A stretch of DNA of 64,000 bases. It comes from Lama glama (lineage: Eukaryota). Each line of letters opens with the position of its first letter. Position 1 is the first letter of the stretch. The DNA is taken from positions 44,146,001-44,210,000 of the forward strand of contig CM052816.1 in NCBI GenBank assembly GCA_028534125.1, in the 5' to 3' direction. Both the position numbers and the translations under genes were made by a program. Below are positions 1-13,734 of the stretch, in pieces. The notes below the pieces were generated by a model. That model worked only from the letters and a program-made list of their open reading frames with translations. It had not been told where the DNA came from and ran no database searches.

Positions 1-929
1 AGTAGTAAAGTATTAATAGACATAGTTCCAAAGACACTTTTTACCACATACCCAGTAGTATCTATTTCTAGTTTTGTATAATAGATTGCATGTGCAGTGA
101 GCTCTTTAATTATATTTTGTGCCAAGTAAAGGACAAGCCTTTGTAGTTTTTTTTTAATTGTTATATAATTAAGGCAAGCAGTAGATTCATCTTTAGAAAC
201 ATAGTTGGTCTCAATTTGGTTTCTCTATTTTAAACTTGCTATCTTGTTTATGTATGCAAAGATTACTAATAATGCATTTTTACACATGGTTTAAAAACAC
301 TTTGGATTCTATCTTTAATTCCTGTGGGGTGGACTCAGAAATATTTAGATAGCAAAACTTTGTTGGCTATGTAAAGTGTAAAGTTATCAAAGCTCCAAAC
401 ATGAAAGTTTTAGAGGATCTTCTGTAAGGCCTTTGGCTGTAAAACTTTGCTTTTTTACCCCCAAATGCAAGATGAGCTTCTTTTACGCCATCCTTTATTT
501 TCTACTGTTGGTTTGCTTTCCCTCCTCAAATCTATCTGAAACACAAAGCCAAGCAAAGCATCATCACCTTTTGGAAACTGCAAAAACTACAATCAGAATC
601 AACCCAGCAAATTACCCTTCCCATAGAGTCACTGCCTTGGTGTTTAAGTGATGGGACGACTCTATAGAACCCAGATTCCGCATTTAGCCAGATACTCCAG
701 GTCACGGAGATATTCCACCGAGGCAATTTTTAAAAGACCATAAAACCAGCCCATCAATTTATGCTTCCAGGTAGTTTAATTGCCTTTGTATCACATGTCT
801 TGAGAGAAAAAGTGGCTTAAAATAATCTGAATAGCATTTAGAAATAAGATGCTTAAATAATTGGCATTGCCATTGCTTTTTTTAACTCTGGGATTTCAAA
901 ACATTTTCCAAACATTAATTGCAATGGGA

Positions 930-1190
930 CCCCTGTGAGGCTGATATTATCATACCTATTTTCCAGGACGGTAAGCAGGGAACACAGGGCCCATTTCTTG
1001 CCTTGCCCCATGCCCTTCAGAGCTTGTCCAAGCTCAGAGCTCCCTTAAAAACCATTGGATCATCTCCATGGGAGCTCAGAGGAAAATGAGAAATGGGCTC
1101 TTGGAGATTTAAGGGATTTTGTAAGGTCACGTGCAAGTGAGCTGTAGCTAAAAGTCAAAAGCTAAAAAGCTAAGTTTCCTTATTCCAGTG
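930..1190 (-). mobile_element. MIR SINE fragments (two degraded pieces)
   Basis: ccctgtgaggctgatattatcatacctattttccagga and gaaaatgagaaatgggctc...aaggtcac resemble the MIR core in reverse orientation; highly diverged. Confidence 0.45.
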
Positions 1191-2480
1191 GTGAGATAGA
1201 TTTCCTCGTTAGAATGCCAGACTTGCAGGAATGCTACAGTAAGAAAAGGAATCTGTCGCTGCACATTTTTGAGTACCATTTTTAATAACAAAAAATGTCT
1301 CCCTTTGATTTGAATAAAAATGACTAAATGTTCCCAGGCAGCACGAGCAGGAGACCAGCCAGGACCAACAGTGAATTTCTACATTGACTTCTGAAAACTG
1401 CAAGAGATGCGAACAGCCTAATTTGTAGTAGAGACTAGATTTTGCCCCCTACATCAGGTGGTGGTATAAAGAAGAGGCATATCCAGAAAGTGGAATGAGG
1501 GGTTAAAAGTCACACCAAACATGCTGCCAAGGCCTGTGGGCGTCTCAACCTTTTTTCTTTAATTGGGAGAGGAAGAGCTTTTGACTAAAGACTAAGTTCT
1601 ACAATGTAGGCCGGTAGCCCAACTGGGAAATACTCTTGATTTGAACAGTTGGCAGCAGTTCTATTCTGAACTCTTTATATAGATCCTCTTTCCATACTGG
1701 GACACATATTTTAAGGTAAAAAGGGTATTTTACTAATTTTTTTTAATGAAGCTTTGACTGCAAGCAGCACTAGAGTTGGTAATCATCGGCCGGTTCCTTT
1801 CCCCTCCTGCACGGCAGGAAGGAGGCAGTTTCACAGCTGGTTGTCAGCCCAGCTCTTATTTCTGCCACCAATTATTGATTTTTAAAAGGCCTATGCCATT
1901 AGTACCCTGCTACATCTCTTCACACACAATAGGTGTTTTAAAAATTCCTTTTTTAAAAAATACAAAATCTGAGCCTAACCTTTCTATCATCTGTGTGCCT
2001 GCTCTTTACATTTTATCTTAAATCTTCACAGGAGAAGCAAACCAGGAATCTTTTTTTTTTTTTTTTAAACTTCTGGGTTAATTTAGAAGCAGAGATGCTT
2101 TGCCCATAGAATCTCCCTGGCAGGTATCACGTATCACGTTAGGAAAAAGCAAATGGTGGGCAGGGAGGGGGGAATAAAAGAACACAATTAGGAAGTTGAG
2201 GATCTTCCATCCCCCTTTCCCTGCCTTTATTCCATGCCATCCCAATCGATGCTAAAGCCAATCCTAAAAACCCACCTGGCCTCATTCACACTAGAATGTC
2301 TGCTTGTGCATAGACCTTCATCCCAAATTGGACATCTCTCTTCTCTTTGCAAGTTCCCCATGGCTAATTCTAGAAATTGCTTCAAAATGAACTGCTCACA
2401 CTTCAGACACTCTAATCATGTATATTTTCCCCAAGTAATAAGCAGTTCTGAGAATATTTTCCTAGCAATTGTTTACGGGT

Positions 2481-2929
2481 ATATTAGTGTCCTGTGTCTG
2501 CCGTAAGAAAGTATCACAAACTGGGTGACACAAACTGGGTAGCTCACACCACACACATTTATTGTCTCACTGTTTTGGAGGCTAGAAATCTGAGATCAAA
2601 AGTTCAGCAAGGTTGGTTCTTTCTGAGGGCTACGAAGGACGGTCTGTTCCATGCCTCGCTCCAGCTCCTGGTTGTTTCCAGGCAATCTTTGACTTTCCTT
2701 AGATTATAGATGCCCCTCTCAGGTACATGCCTTCATGTTCACATGCATTCTCCCTGTGTCTGTGTCTTAAGTCTCTTCGTTTTGTAGGGATACAGTCATA
2801 CTGGGTTGGGGATGATCTTGTTTTAACTTTATCATCTGCCAAGACCCTATTTCCAAATAAGGTCATGTTCATAGGTACTAGGGGTTAGAACTGCAACATC
2901 TTCTTGGGGACACATTTCAAACCAAAACA
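2481..2929 (-). mobile_element. MaLR solo LTR, MLT1C-like
   Basis: Begins tatattagt...cacaaactgggt...tttattgtctcac...ggaggctagaaatctgagatcaa and ends aagaccctatttccaaataaggtca...ggggacacatttcaaaccaaaaca, typical of the MLT1 reverse complement; about 450 bp. Confidence 0.85.
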
Positions 2930-3189
2930 CTAGGTTTTGTTACCTGTGTTTAACACGTGTCAATTCTAAAAAATCAGTGCCAATGACTTAGCAAAGAAGA
3001 AACATTAGTGCATTAATTACCTTCCATGTAGGAAGTTTGCACGTATTAGTAAGTGAAGAAAATTGAGTTTCATGAGGATGCTGGAAGTTTGTGAGTCAGA
3101 AAATAAAATTCATTTAATCTATCCTATTATGTACTAAACATTTGATAAATGTTCTTCACTGAAAAATTAAATGTAAAACTGAATAGTTA

Positions 3190-3430
3190 TTTTCTTGAGC
3201 AACTACTAAGTGCACCACTGTTACTGGACTTCAGAATTCTGAGGATAAACAAGACGTGTTTTTATGTTCAAACAGCTTAGTCAGGAGGAATGAGGTATAA
3301 ACAGGTCATTGAAATTTAGAGGATACCGTAAAGGAAGACCATATAAATAGTGGAGGAAGAAAGGCAAGGGTCGAGTCAGCTTCAGTAGCCTCAGAGTTGT
3401 CTGGGAGGCCCTTGGCGGAAGTGTGGGGAT
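3190..3430 (-). mobile_element. L2 LINE 3' fragment
   Basis: ttgagcaactactaagtgc...ataaacaagac pattern of the reversed L2 3' end, followed by purine-rich decayed sequence. Confidence 0.4.
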
Positions 3431-5534
3431 ATCTATACAAAATAGATCTGTATAGTCTCACCCAACAGCAGGGCCACCTGGGGCAAGAGTACGAATGAAG
3501 GCCCACATTCCCTATATCTGAACGTTTAAAATGAAATTAACTGCCAACTAAAATGTATTCTAATATCCTACATTGCCAGCTAAAACCTTTAAGCAACAAA
3601 ATATAAAAAATAAATGCTTAATGGTGAGTTGCTTTTATGACTGGAGTAGAAAAACATGGAAACATGTTGGAACCTGTTTGTTGATGTTTGAGTATTAAAA
3701 GGGATATATATATATATGTCATGCAATTTTTTCTCATCTTCATTTCAGTAAAATTTTTATTACTCTCATTGAGATTTGCAGAGATTGTGAAAAAAAATCA
3801 CTTGAGAATTTTAGCTTTTTAGTGTTATCTCAGATCTTGTTTAAATGAAATAGTTATTTTAATAACACGTAGTCCACATTACCATGTGTGTCAGAATTTG
3901 AAGTAAAATCTGACATACATATCTATTTTAATAAGAGTAGTCATCTGGATAATCAGTAGGATGCAAAGTATACATTTGTTCTAAAAGAGAAAAATAGTCC
4001 TCTATTTTTGTTTCTTACCTGCCTTCAAAAAAATTTTAATAAATTTTTTGAAAATTCTAAAAATCAATAGAAATAAATCAAAACAAAAAATATAAACAAC
4101 ATGTATATTTTATAAGACTTTTGAATACACTGGCGATCTCAATAGCTGTAAACCTCACACCATCAAACTTCTAAAACATCTGGATTTTGGGTATTGGATA
4201 ACATTTGGAAATCAGATTTTTTTTTCCGTTTTTTTCCTGCAATTTTGGCATAGCACAGACACACATGACAAAGAATTTTAAAAGTTTCCTTGATTTACAA
4301 TTTTTTTTCTTCTGTAGTTTGCCAGGAAAACACACCCTTGCTTGGTGGTCTGATCCTTTGAAGCTGCTAAAGGGGCTTAAACATAGGTAAACATCAGTGT
4401 GAAATCACAAAAACAAACGGATTGTTACTTGCAACTGCAGTGACTCAAGATGAATTCCCACCCACAAAGGCAATTCCTTGGTTCATTCCTCTGACCTTGT
4501 ATGAAAATACCAGCCTGTGTGTTTATTGTAGATTCAACAATCACTTTGGTATTAAGAGGAAATTAGTCTTTACCATGACGGGGTAGATCATCGAATTGTC
4601 ATTTTGCTGGTAATAGAGTAACAAAATACAAACCTGGAAACATGATAGGCCATTAATCATCTGCTTAAATACACAGTTTACTTGAGCATAGTAAATAAAT
4701 TAATGTTCATCACAGTTTTATCATTTAATCAGAGTAGACTGTGTGACTCTGAACGTTTTGAAGTTTGCCTGCCACTTACTATCATGCTGCTGGAACCTCA
4801 ACGCCATGAAACGTTATAGGCTCCTGGGACCTGAGTAGAGCTTACCATTTCACAGAAAGAGTTACATCTTAAACACATCCAAGAGTGTTCCTGCACAACT
4901 GTTGTTGTTTAAATCATGATTATGTTGTCCGTTTCAGTTGACAGTCTCTGTCACAGTTTATCAAAGGCAAATTAGCATAGTTAAGGTCACCAACAGGAAA
5001 CTATTAAACATAAATATTTTCATTTCTTTTCATCTAGTACTTTCCCTATAGCGCTATATATCACTTTAGTGCTTCTTAATTAAGAGTAATGCCTTTCTCC
5101 AAATCTAGAACTGTAGTCCAAGCATTCCCCTGTCCCATGTGTCCTTTGATTTACAAAATATGATGTAATTCTGGATTGTATTATCTTAAAATCAAGTCGA
5201 CACCAGTATGTAGCTTTTAGTAACTTATAACAATGATTTCACTAGATGCAGTAAAAATGTATCTAGGAACAAGAAATTTTCTCTCTCCAAGTGTTAAAAT
5301 TCTTTCTCTCCCTCCCTCTTTCTCTCTCCTTCTAAACTAACATCTTTTATTAACCTTAGGAAGTTTCATAATATGTACTTTACTTCCAATATACTAAATT
5401 TAAGATATTTCCTTTTACTATATATTGTCTATTAAAATATCTAGAGCATTTATTGTTAAAAATAATTAAAATGCTTATTCCTTATGTAAAAGTAGAGGCT
5501 GTAGATAGATACAATAATAATGATGTAACATTTA

Positions 5535-5755
5535 TTTTTAGTTGGTATTTTTGAGATAATTGTAGTTTCACATCTAGTTGAAAGAGGTAATTTGGAAATG
5601 CTATGTTTATTTTACCTATTTTCCTGCCTATGGTCAACTGTAGTATGATGTCAAACCAGGATATTAATGTTGATACAAACCCACCAGCTTTCTCCCATTT
5701 TACTTGTACCCCTATTGTATGTATTATATTTAGTTCCATATGCTTTTATCACACT
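5535..5755 (-). mobile_element. Old LINE-1 3' UTR fragment (L1MC/L1MD class)
   Basis: tttgagataattgtagtttcacat...aaccaggatattaatgttgatacaa...ttttacttgtac...tttagttc...ttttatcac matches old L1 3' ends. Confidence 0.7.
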
Positions 5756-8617
5756 AATTTGACCATGTAAGTATTTTTTCTTAATTTTAAGCAACTATGC
5801 TTAACAAGTGATGTGGGGTTAGATTACATATAATTAATCCTAAGAAGTTTAAAATACTTACCAAAAAGATTTTCCTTTAGAATCCTAATCAATAAATACA
5901 TTACATTTTTAGACCTGGTTAAATATGACTATAGCAAGTAATTGGAAAGATTGACTGCTGTTCCCCAAAGTGAGAGTGAGTTTAAAAATCAGTATCAACA
6001 GGTTTTTTTTTCCCCTATGAAGCCCATCATAGTTTTAAGTCAGAGGTTTAAAAGAGGTTAAGAAATAGGAATCCGTTTTGAGTGTTTGGGGCATCAGCTC
6101 ATTAAGAGTAATAGAGCAAGCTTCCAGTTTGAAAAAGGCACTGACTCAAATGTGTAATGATTTGACTTTTGAATTTCTTTTATCTCAGCTGCTTCTACTT
6201 CAACAAATACAAGTGCTTCAGATAAAATAAGACTAATGAGCACTGCAGATGATTACGAAAATATAATACTTCCCAAGGCACAATGATCTTTTTTCCCAAA
6301 TTAAGGGAAAAAAGGAAAGTTTCCCTTGTTAAAAGTCTTCGTTGCCTGAATGTGACCTCAGTTAAAACCCCAAACTCAACGTTTACATACATCTATGAAG
6401 AAAGTATTTTGTGACTGGGTGTCCTTAGCTTGTAAGATAAGTTTTATTAACTTTAGCACAGACTATGTATGTGCTATAGGTTTACATCCTTAAAATGAAA
6501 TGTGCCAAAATGGGTCATTTGAAATCACTGCCTCATTGCAGCTTGGAGTTGGCATTTGGCTGATCAGCTCACCGTGTACTCTTGGGTACTTTCTCTATAA
6601 AGTGGTTACAGGTCCAGCCTTCTGATGTTCTAGTTGGATGCACTGTATAAAAGGGCCATTTTCTAGTAAGTACCTTCTTGCTTCAGAGCCAGAGTGTAGA
6701 AATGCTTTCATCAGTCAGTTTTGAAACAGGGATGCAGCGTATTGGTTTGTTCAAAACAGATCTGGTGCTGTGTAGGAATGGTGATAGGAATCAGGAGAAA
6801 ACTTACAACCAATGCTGTGCAACATAATTTAAAAACAAAAAAATAAAGTGCCTAATCTGACCCACAAAATAAGACATCTGCAAACCACTACAGCAAATTG
6901 TGTAATGAACGGCATCTCCAGGGCCTCGTCATGTCATTCAGAGCCGTTCTGGGCTCTCTTTCATTTTGGTTTAAAGACAGATTGTTTTACAAGGTACCTC
7001 AGCCTTCGGGGAATAGCCATTTCCTTCCTACCCTCCCCATTTCCAATAACAACACAAATGTAATTTTTTAAACTGTTTATCTTTGATCAAAAATATATTA
7101 CTTAGCACACTAAGTAAACAGCCCCACAATTTGTCATAGAAATTATTGCTTCCTGTGACTATTTTTAGTGGGTTTTATTTTTTAACATTTACAGGGCAAT
7201 TGGTAATGAGAGCTGATAAGCCTGCCATTTGTTTTTTATTTTTGTAATGATCTCAGAAAAACGTTTTGAAATATGATCTGCTCTTTAATGTAATGGATAA
7301 ACTACTATGCTGCCAGGAATTATACCCGACTTCCTCCCTCAATAGTCATGGGAACTCAAGCAACAACCACAACCCACACACATAATGCAGGAAATGATAC
7401 GGAACACATATATTACATTTTTGTGGTGATGTGTTTACCAAGAAAGGCCATTTCAGCATTACAGAAGCTCCAGAAATATTAAATCAAGTAGATTCAAACT
7501 GTGGAAATGCTGGTAGACTACTATGCTCAATTATAAAGTATTTTGTTTTTTGAAACAGTTTGATAGCCACCTGTTACATAATGAATTTTATTTAAAATAA
7601 TACATTTAAATATGAAAGGAAAAGCAGCTTAAATACAATGCTGCTATGTAAAATCCTTTTCAGCCCTAAATGTATTCTGAATACTTTTATCATTCTTAAA
7701 TACGCCTTTGTATTATATTTTAATTTTAGTTTGATATGAATATTATAATCTATATGGAAAAACAATAAACATTTGTTGATTATTATTTATAGGTTCTATT
7801 GTTTATAGATTCTCCTTTTTAATATCAACATTAGGGAAGTTATGTCCTCATACGTATCATTTTTTTCTGTTCTTCGATTTTCTGTGGAGAATTTTTCTTT
7901 TTTTTTGGTGTCATTTCTAAATATGTTGCATCTCATGTTTGGAATAGCCCTTAAAAATTTCGGTTCCATTTTTCCTCTATATTTCATGTGCATCTAGAAA
8001 ATAGAGAGCAAGTTCCTAGTTGTGTAATACTTACGAACTACACAATGAATAATTTAAATTTAGAGACAAAGATATTATTTACTTTATCCTTATTAATAAA
8101 TGAATCTATTATACGACTATATCGTATGTTTAATGATCACTCTGATTTCTTAATATAGGAATAAGGATTATTTTATGGTTGGCTGGTTTAAAAAAAAGTT
8201 TCATTCTTCTCTTATGATACCAGTCTTAATCGCTAGTCAGATCGTTTTAAAAAGAACATGTATTTATACCATTTCATGCTCCGTGCTGTGCTTCCCAAAT
8301 CCTATGCCCCATTAAAAAAGACAGAATCTAAAGAAAAAAAGAAAAATTGACACTAAACATGGTCTCAGAAATATACAGATTCAAGATTTTGTTAAGTCCC
8401 TTCTGGTGCGATAGTGCTTTTTGGGGTTTTAAATGATGATGTTGAAACACCTCTCTGCCTTCCCACTGGTCCCCCCATATCTCTCGAGAGTCTGAGTCAG
8501 AAGTACTCTGCTAGCACCTCTGTGGATCAAGCTAAGAAGTCTCTAGAGTTTTCCTGAATGTTAACTCATGAGAAAGTTTATATCTGAAAACAGACTTATT
8601 TATATGGCCCAATTTAT

Positions 8618-8744
8618 ATGTATATATACCCGGTTTATACACACACACACACACATATGTATGATATATATATATATATAATATATCACACATATGATAT
8701 ATATATATATATATATAATATATCACACATATGTATGATATATA

Positions 8745-8776
<32 letters not shown>

Positions 8777-8778
8777 GC
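8618..8778. repeat. Compound (CA)n/(TA)n microsatellite with about three higher-order units
   Basis: Directly visible: cacacatatg(tatg)(at)n...atatat repeated three times, ending in a (TA)n run. Confidence 0.95.
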
Positions 8779-10349
8779 TATATGTATCCTAATCTGTCAT
8801 ATGTTCCTAATAGTCTCACTCCATAAAGATAAATTATCTACAGTGATTCTCAAGTTCTGTTTTTTGATGGAAGAGGGAGAACATATAAAATGATACTTTT
8901 TTTCCTTCCACAAACTGTCATAGAAACAAGTTCTTTCTTTTATGGTCCCTGCTTGAGCCCAGAACGCATGAGTAAATAATGCAGTAAAATCAAAGATCAG
9001 TTGATGGGTGTTAGAAAGATATGAAGTGAGACTGTTAAAACCCAAAATAAACATAAATTTTCTGCAATGTTAAAGCTAATGAACATTAAAGCTAATGTTA
9101 ATTCTTTTTAAATTTAAAAATCTTGCTTGATTTGAGTATATATTGTAATTTGGGAAACAATAGATGAATTGCAGAATTTCAGTATGAAGAACTCTATGTC
9201 TTAATATATGACAAAAGAAAATAAAAATTTCCCCATATAGCCTCTATTAGAGTCAAGTTGGTACAAGGAAAAAAATACATACCCAAAGGTATAATCTTGT
9301 TATCCTTTCCAAATGTCAAGTGAAGTTTAAGGAAATGAAACGAATATATCTGCTCAAACAAATCTGACAAAGCTTTGCTTGTTTTCCTGATGCCTAGGAA
9401 GTAGGCTGGGCATATTGCTGAAAAACAATTACCTCTTAAAATTCTAAGTTGTAAGGAAATAATTCCACATAATAAAAGTAAATTTTCATTGTTAACTCAA
9501 TTTTCCTATTTTATCACCTTCTCCCTAATTTCACAATTAAAACAGAAGGCTTAAAAAACAGAAAACTAGCTTGAAAATGTCGTAAAGGTTAAAAACGTAA
9601 ACAAATGGTAGATGGCAGGTAATTCCTCAAGAAAATGCTGTGAATTAATAGAAACAATATTTGAGACACATTTTTCCGGAGGATTACTTTTTGGACAGAT
9701 CCATTAAAAAAAAGATCTTGATTCTTCAAAGAATGTTCTGATTTTTACACCATTTTTATGCATAGGCTTTGTTATGAAAATAAATACATATATAAGGAAG
9801 TTACTGCAAGGAAATTAGATTCTGCAGATACTTTCTTCTTACATAGAAGACAATAGCCATTCAAGGAACTTGTATATTAGGTGAGATTTTATTGTATTCA
9901 TAAAGGTGAAAAAGTACTTTTTTCTTGATTAGTTAACGCTGTGCTCTAACAACAACATTTTTTTAAATAAAACTTTTTGCACCCCATTAACTATTGTGCA
10001 GTGCATTTCCTATTGTTTCCTATCAAAGCGCAGGAGAAGAAACATGGACTTTGTGTCCTCTTTTCTTGCTCTCTTCATTCACTAGCTATGTGACATTTTA
10101 TTTTGAGGGATACCTGAAAGAACGTATGTAAATGTTCCTAATAGTACTAGACCCGGCCATGGCTTTCAAAAGACTAATATGTTGATTCACTTCTTGACGT
10201 ATAATCAGGGATCCTGCTATGGTTTGAATCAGACTATCTTTATTTGTTCCTCTCGGTCAAATTCCTTAACCACATAAAACTCAGTTCTTGGAATGAGCAT
10301 TTCCGTGTCTCTTTTATCTTTCTTAAATCCAGTGCTCTTAACAATATAT

Positions 10350-10500
10350 AATTATAATGTCTACCATAGAGTAAATGCTTCTAAATGCTAAGTGCTTTAT
10401 ATGCATGCATATCATTATTTCTCTTCCATATAATGAAACTAAGGCTCAGAAAGTTTATTCAAAAGCCCCAGGCCACTCTGTTGGAAAGTTGCAAAGTACT
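10350..10500 (-). mobile_element. MIR fragment
   Basis: tgctaagtgctttatatgcat...atgaaactaaggctcagaaagttta...ccccaggccac, the reversed MIR core. Confidence 0.55.
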
Positions 10501-11330
10501 GGAACTTCTTTGCACATGACATATTAATTCCTTTGGCATCTTTCCCCTCTTAAGTCAAATTATAAGTCACATAAAAAGTTCAAGTATTCTAAATAAGATT
10601 TAAAATGTCATGATCCTGACTTCTATTTTTTTTTTTTTTGTATAGGTTGTTTAAAAGTTTTTCTTCAAATTCAAACTTGCGGGTTTTTTTTTTTTCACAT
10701 TGACAGTCTTCTATTTTATAAGAATTATTAAGGATTTTATAAGTTATGCAAAAAGAATATATTCATTCTTAAAACAAAATAACTTCATTAAACAATAACA
10801 TTTATTTTTTATAAATACATTTTTATGAAGGAAATCTTTAAAGATATTAAAATGGAAATAAGGAGAAAATATTCTTTTTGTTTTATAAGTGAAATTTGAA
10901 AGTGATGGGGTGAATAAAATAATTTTAGAAGTGAAATGAACAACAGTTTCAGAACATTAAGGGCTAATGATGAAAATAATAAAGATTTTTACTCTGCTTT
11001 CCCAAGGATAGAACTTCTTTCAGGGAAAACTAAGCCAAGTGACCCTGGCAAGAAGACTGCCTGTCCTTGGATGGACAGCTGCTTAACTCCCCCTTAGTTA
11101 GTGATAAAGTGCAATGATTTGCAGCTATTAAAAAAAATGAGGAGGGAAAGTACCACTAGTGAACATTATGTTGGTGATTAAAACAGGATATAGTCTCATT
11201 TGCTTCAACATTGGATGTCAAAACATTTTAATGAAATGATTATACTTGTACTGGCTATGTTTTATCATAAATACATTCTTAAAAATTATCCAACATAGGG
11301 CAGAAACTTTAAAGAAATCTGAAATTAACC

Positions 11331-11455
11331 ACTAGACTGTAAGCTCCTCAATAAAAGGGGTTTCTGTGTACTTTGTTTACTAATGTGTCTAAAGTGTTTG
11401 GACCACCCTTGGATCATAGTAGATACCTGATAAACATTTTATGTTTGAATTAATT
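11331..11455 (+). mobile_element. L2 LINE 3' end
   Basis: actagactgtaagctcctca...tttgtttactaatgtgtcta...catagtagatacctgataaacatttt...gaat, the canonical L2 terminus. Confidence 0.7.
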
Positions 11456-11614
11456 ATTTCATAATATCCTAATCATGTACTCTGTGCTCAATACAGAAAT
11501 TAAGGAGAAACCTAAGTTTTAGGTTTTGTTTTTAACATGGAGGCTTTATATATGAAGTGCTAATTGTACGGAATTTTAGTATCACAGATATTAAAGCAGT
11601 CCTGCCATATATGG

Positions 11615-11795
11615 TCTTGTGCTGGTTTAGAGTGAGGGCCCTGAAATCAGATTTGGATCGGATTTATTATTTTGGCATCATCACTAACTTTGTGATCTTG
11701 GGAAAATGGCTTAGTCTATTTGTGAATTGGTTTCCTTTCTGCACAGTATAGGTGTTTTTAATGGTACCTATTTTATGAAGTTGTTTCAAGAATTG
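11615..11795 (+). mobile_element. MIR SINE
   Basis: ggtttagagtgagggccctgaaatcaga...actaactttgtgatcttgggaaaatggctta...tttcctttctgca...atggtacctattttatgaagttgtt. Confidence 0.7.
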
Positions 11796-13238
11796 TATAT
11801 TTAAGAGGATTTTAGGTTTTAAAGTGTGTTCTCCAGTCAGTATATAAACAGATATTCACTGATTTATAAATGCATATCTGTATATAGATGGTCTTGTAGG
11901 TAACTTGATGAATTGTAGATCTGAAGGGTTTTAAAAGACTTGGTCACCTTAAAAAAAATTCTCAGTATCTTAATTGTTGGAATTGACATGCATGTATTAG
12001 TCTCTCCTTAGTAGTATATACCTGATCATTGTACATATTAAACCATTATCAGCTTAAATTAATTACTTCACATGGGTTTAACAGAATGGCTAGACAGATG
12101 AGAAGCAGAATTTGGGGAGAATAAATATAGCTAAAATTTATGGGGTACTTTCTAATCCCAGATAGTATGCTAAGTGCTGAAGAGACAAAGTTTCGATGAC
12201 GATACAGAGTCACAAGAACAATATTTCTGGGAAACGAAAATCCCCAGAGAAGTAGGGTCCAAGTACAGAATTACAGATGAATATTAAGGCAGTCATACTA
12301 TATGAGGTGTTGAGTTTGTTTAAAGAACATTCCTGGGGCATGTGATATACACCAAGAACTTGGAGTAAGGGGCACCGTGTTTATCGAAGTCCTGATAGGC
12401 AGTGGAACACCGTGCTTCAGTTTGCAAGGCAAGATTAAAACATTAAAAAACTGCTGATGACTTTGTAAATTACTTGATCTTTCTTTTTTTTTTTCTTCCC
12501 CTCTCCTAATGAGGGTTTAGCTGGAAATGGTTCTATTACTAGAAACACTTAGAGCAAGAATACAGTTCCTGACAACTTAAACTGATTTATTTAACAAACA
12601 TCATATACACAGAAGCAGCTTCCTGGCTTCCTTGTCTTGACACCATCTCCTCCTTTTGTTCCCAGCAAGGGCTGTAATTTCTAATACTTGTAATAGTGTC
12701 TCCGGAAGCAGACCTCATACAGAAAGAAGAATGTCAAATGTAAATGTACAGTGACAATCTCTGATGTGAAAAAGTCTAGAAGGCTCAATAGAAAATCTTA
12801 ACCAGTGAGACCACTGACCACAAAATGAAATAGCCAACCCTGTCATTGATGGCTAAGGGGCCAGATTTCTTCTAATCAGGACAATCTTAGTAAATGTTGC
12901 CATTTTACATTAAAACAAAGGGTGTGACAAGTGTTTTATTCTATCTCCACTCCATAAACCGAGAGTGGCAGTCATTTAATAGAATGGGTGAGCCTAGTAG
13001 TTAGAATTTGAATCTTTCAGGTGAGTTTTAAATTTTTAAATTACAGCCCCGTACCAATTACTTCAAGAAACTGGGATTTTTTTTTTAAAGAAATATTTAA
13101 GCCAGGTTTATGACACATGTTAGGAGTTAATGAGCAAAACACAAATTCAAATAAAACAAAATTCTTAATAAAAAAGTAAAAAATTATGTTAAATATTTCT
13201 CTTATTTTTTTTTTATTATCGTACAATATTGTTCTGCT

Positions 13239-13571
13239 CACGAGTGGACACACTGTAGCCCTGGGCCACAGCCAGCCTGCCACCTGTTTCTGTACAGTAC
13301 AGACCTAAGAACCATTTTTATCTTGTTAAGGGGTTGAGAGAAAACACGACTATTTTAGGAACTGTAGAAGTCACATTCAGCTCAAATTTCAGTGCCCCTT
13401 ATTAGGGTTTTACTGGAACACAGGCACCGTTGTTTGTTTCTGTGTGTCTGGGGCTGTTGTCCCACTGCAGTGGCAGAGTTGCTGAGAGAAGTGGTGACAG
13501 AGACAGTGTGGCCCATGAACCATGAAACATTTACTGTCTTGTCCTTCACAGGAAAAGTTTGCTGACCTCTA
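13239..13571 (+). mobile_element. hAT-Charlie DNA transposon MER58B-like (near full length)
   Basis: Collinear with the recalled MER58B consensus: cacctgtttctgtac...caaatttcagtg...ttttactggaacacag...ggcagagttg...gacagagacagtgtggccc...atttactgtct...aaaagtttgctgacctct; about 335 bp. Confidence 0.9.
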
Positions 13572-13734
13572 TTCAGGCTCATGCACTGATCCTCCTGCAA
13601 AGCAAAAATAGAGAAAATGAACATTTGCACAGTAGCCTGAGTCCAAGTCACTTAAGCAAAATAGCAATGTTTCATTTTCTTTTTTAGTACTTTGATCTTA
13701 ATTAAAATATACTAAACATTTCCAACATAGTTAT

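Noticed and set aside
433..651. 72-aa ORF with a hydrophobic, signal-peptide-like N-terminus
   Set aside because: T-rich DNA yields F/L-rich peptides by chance; no promoter, splice or homology support.
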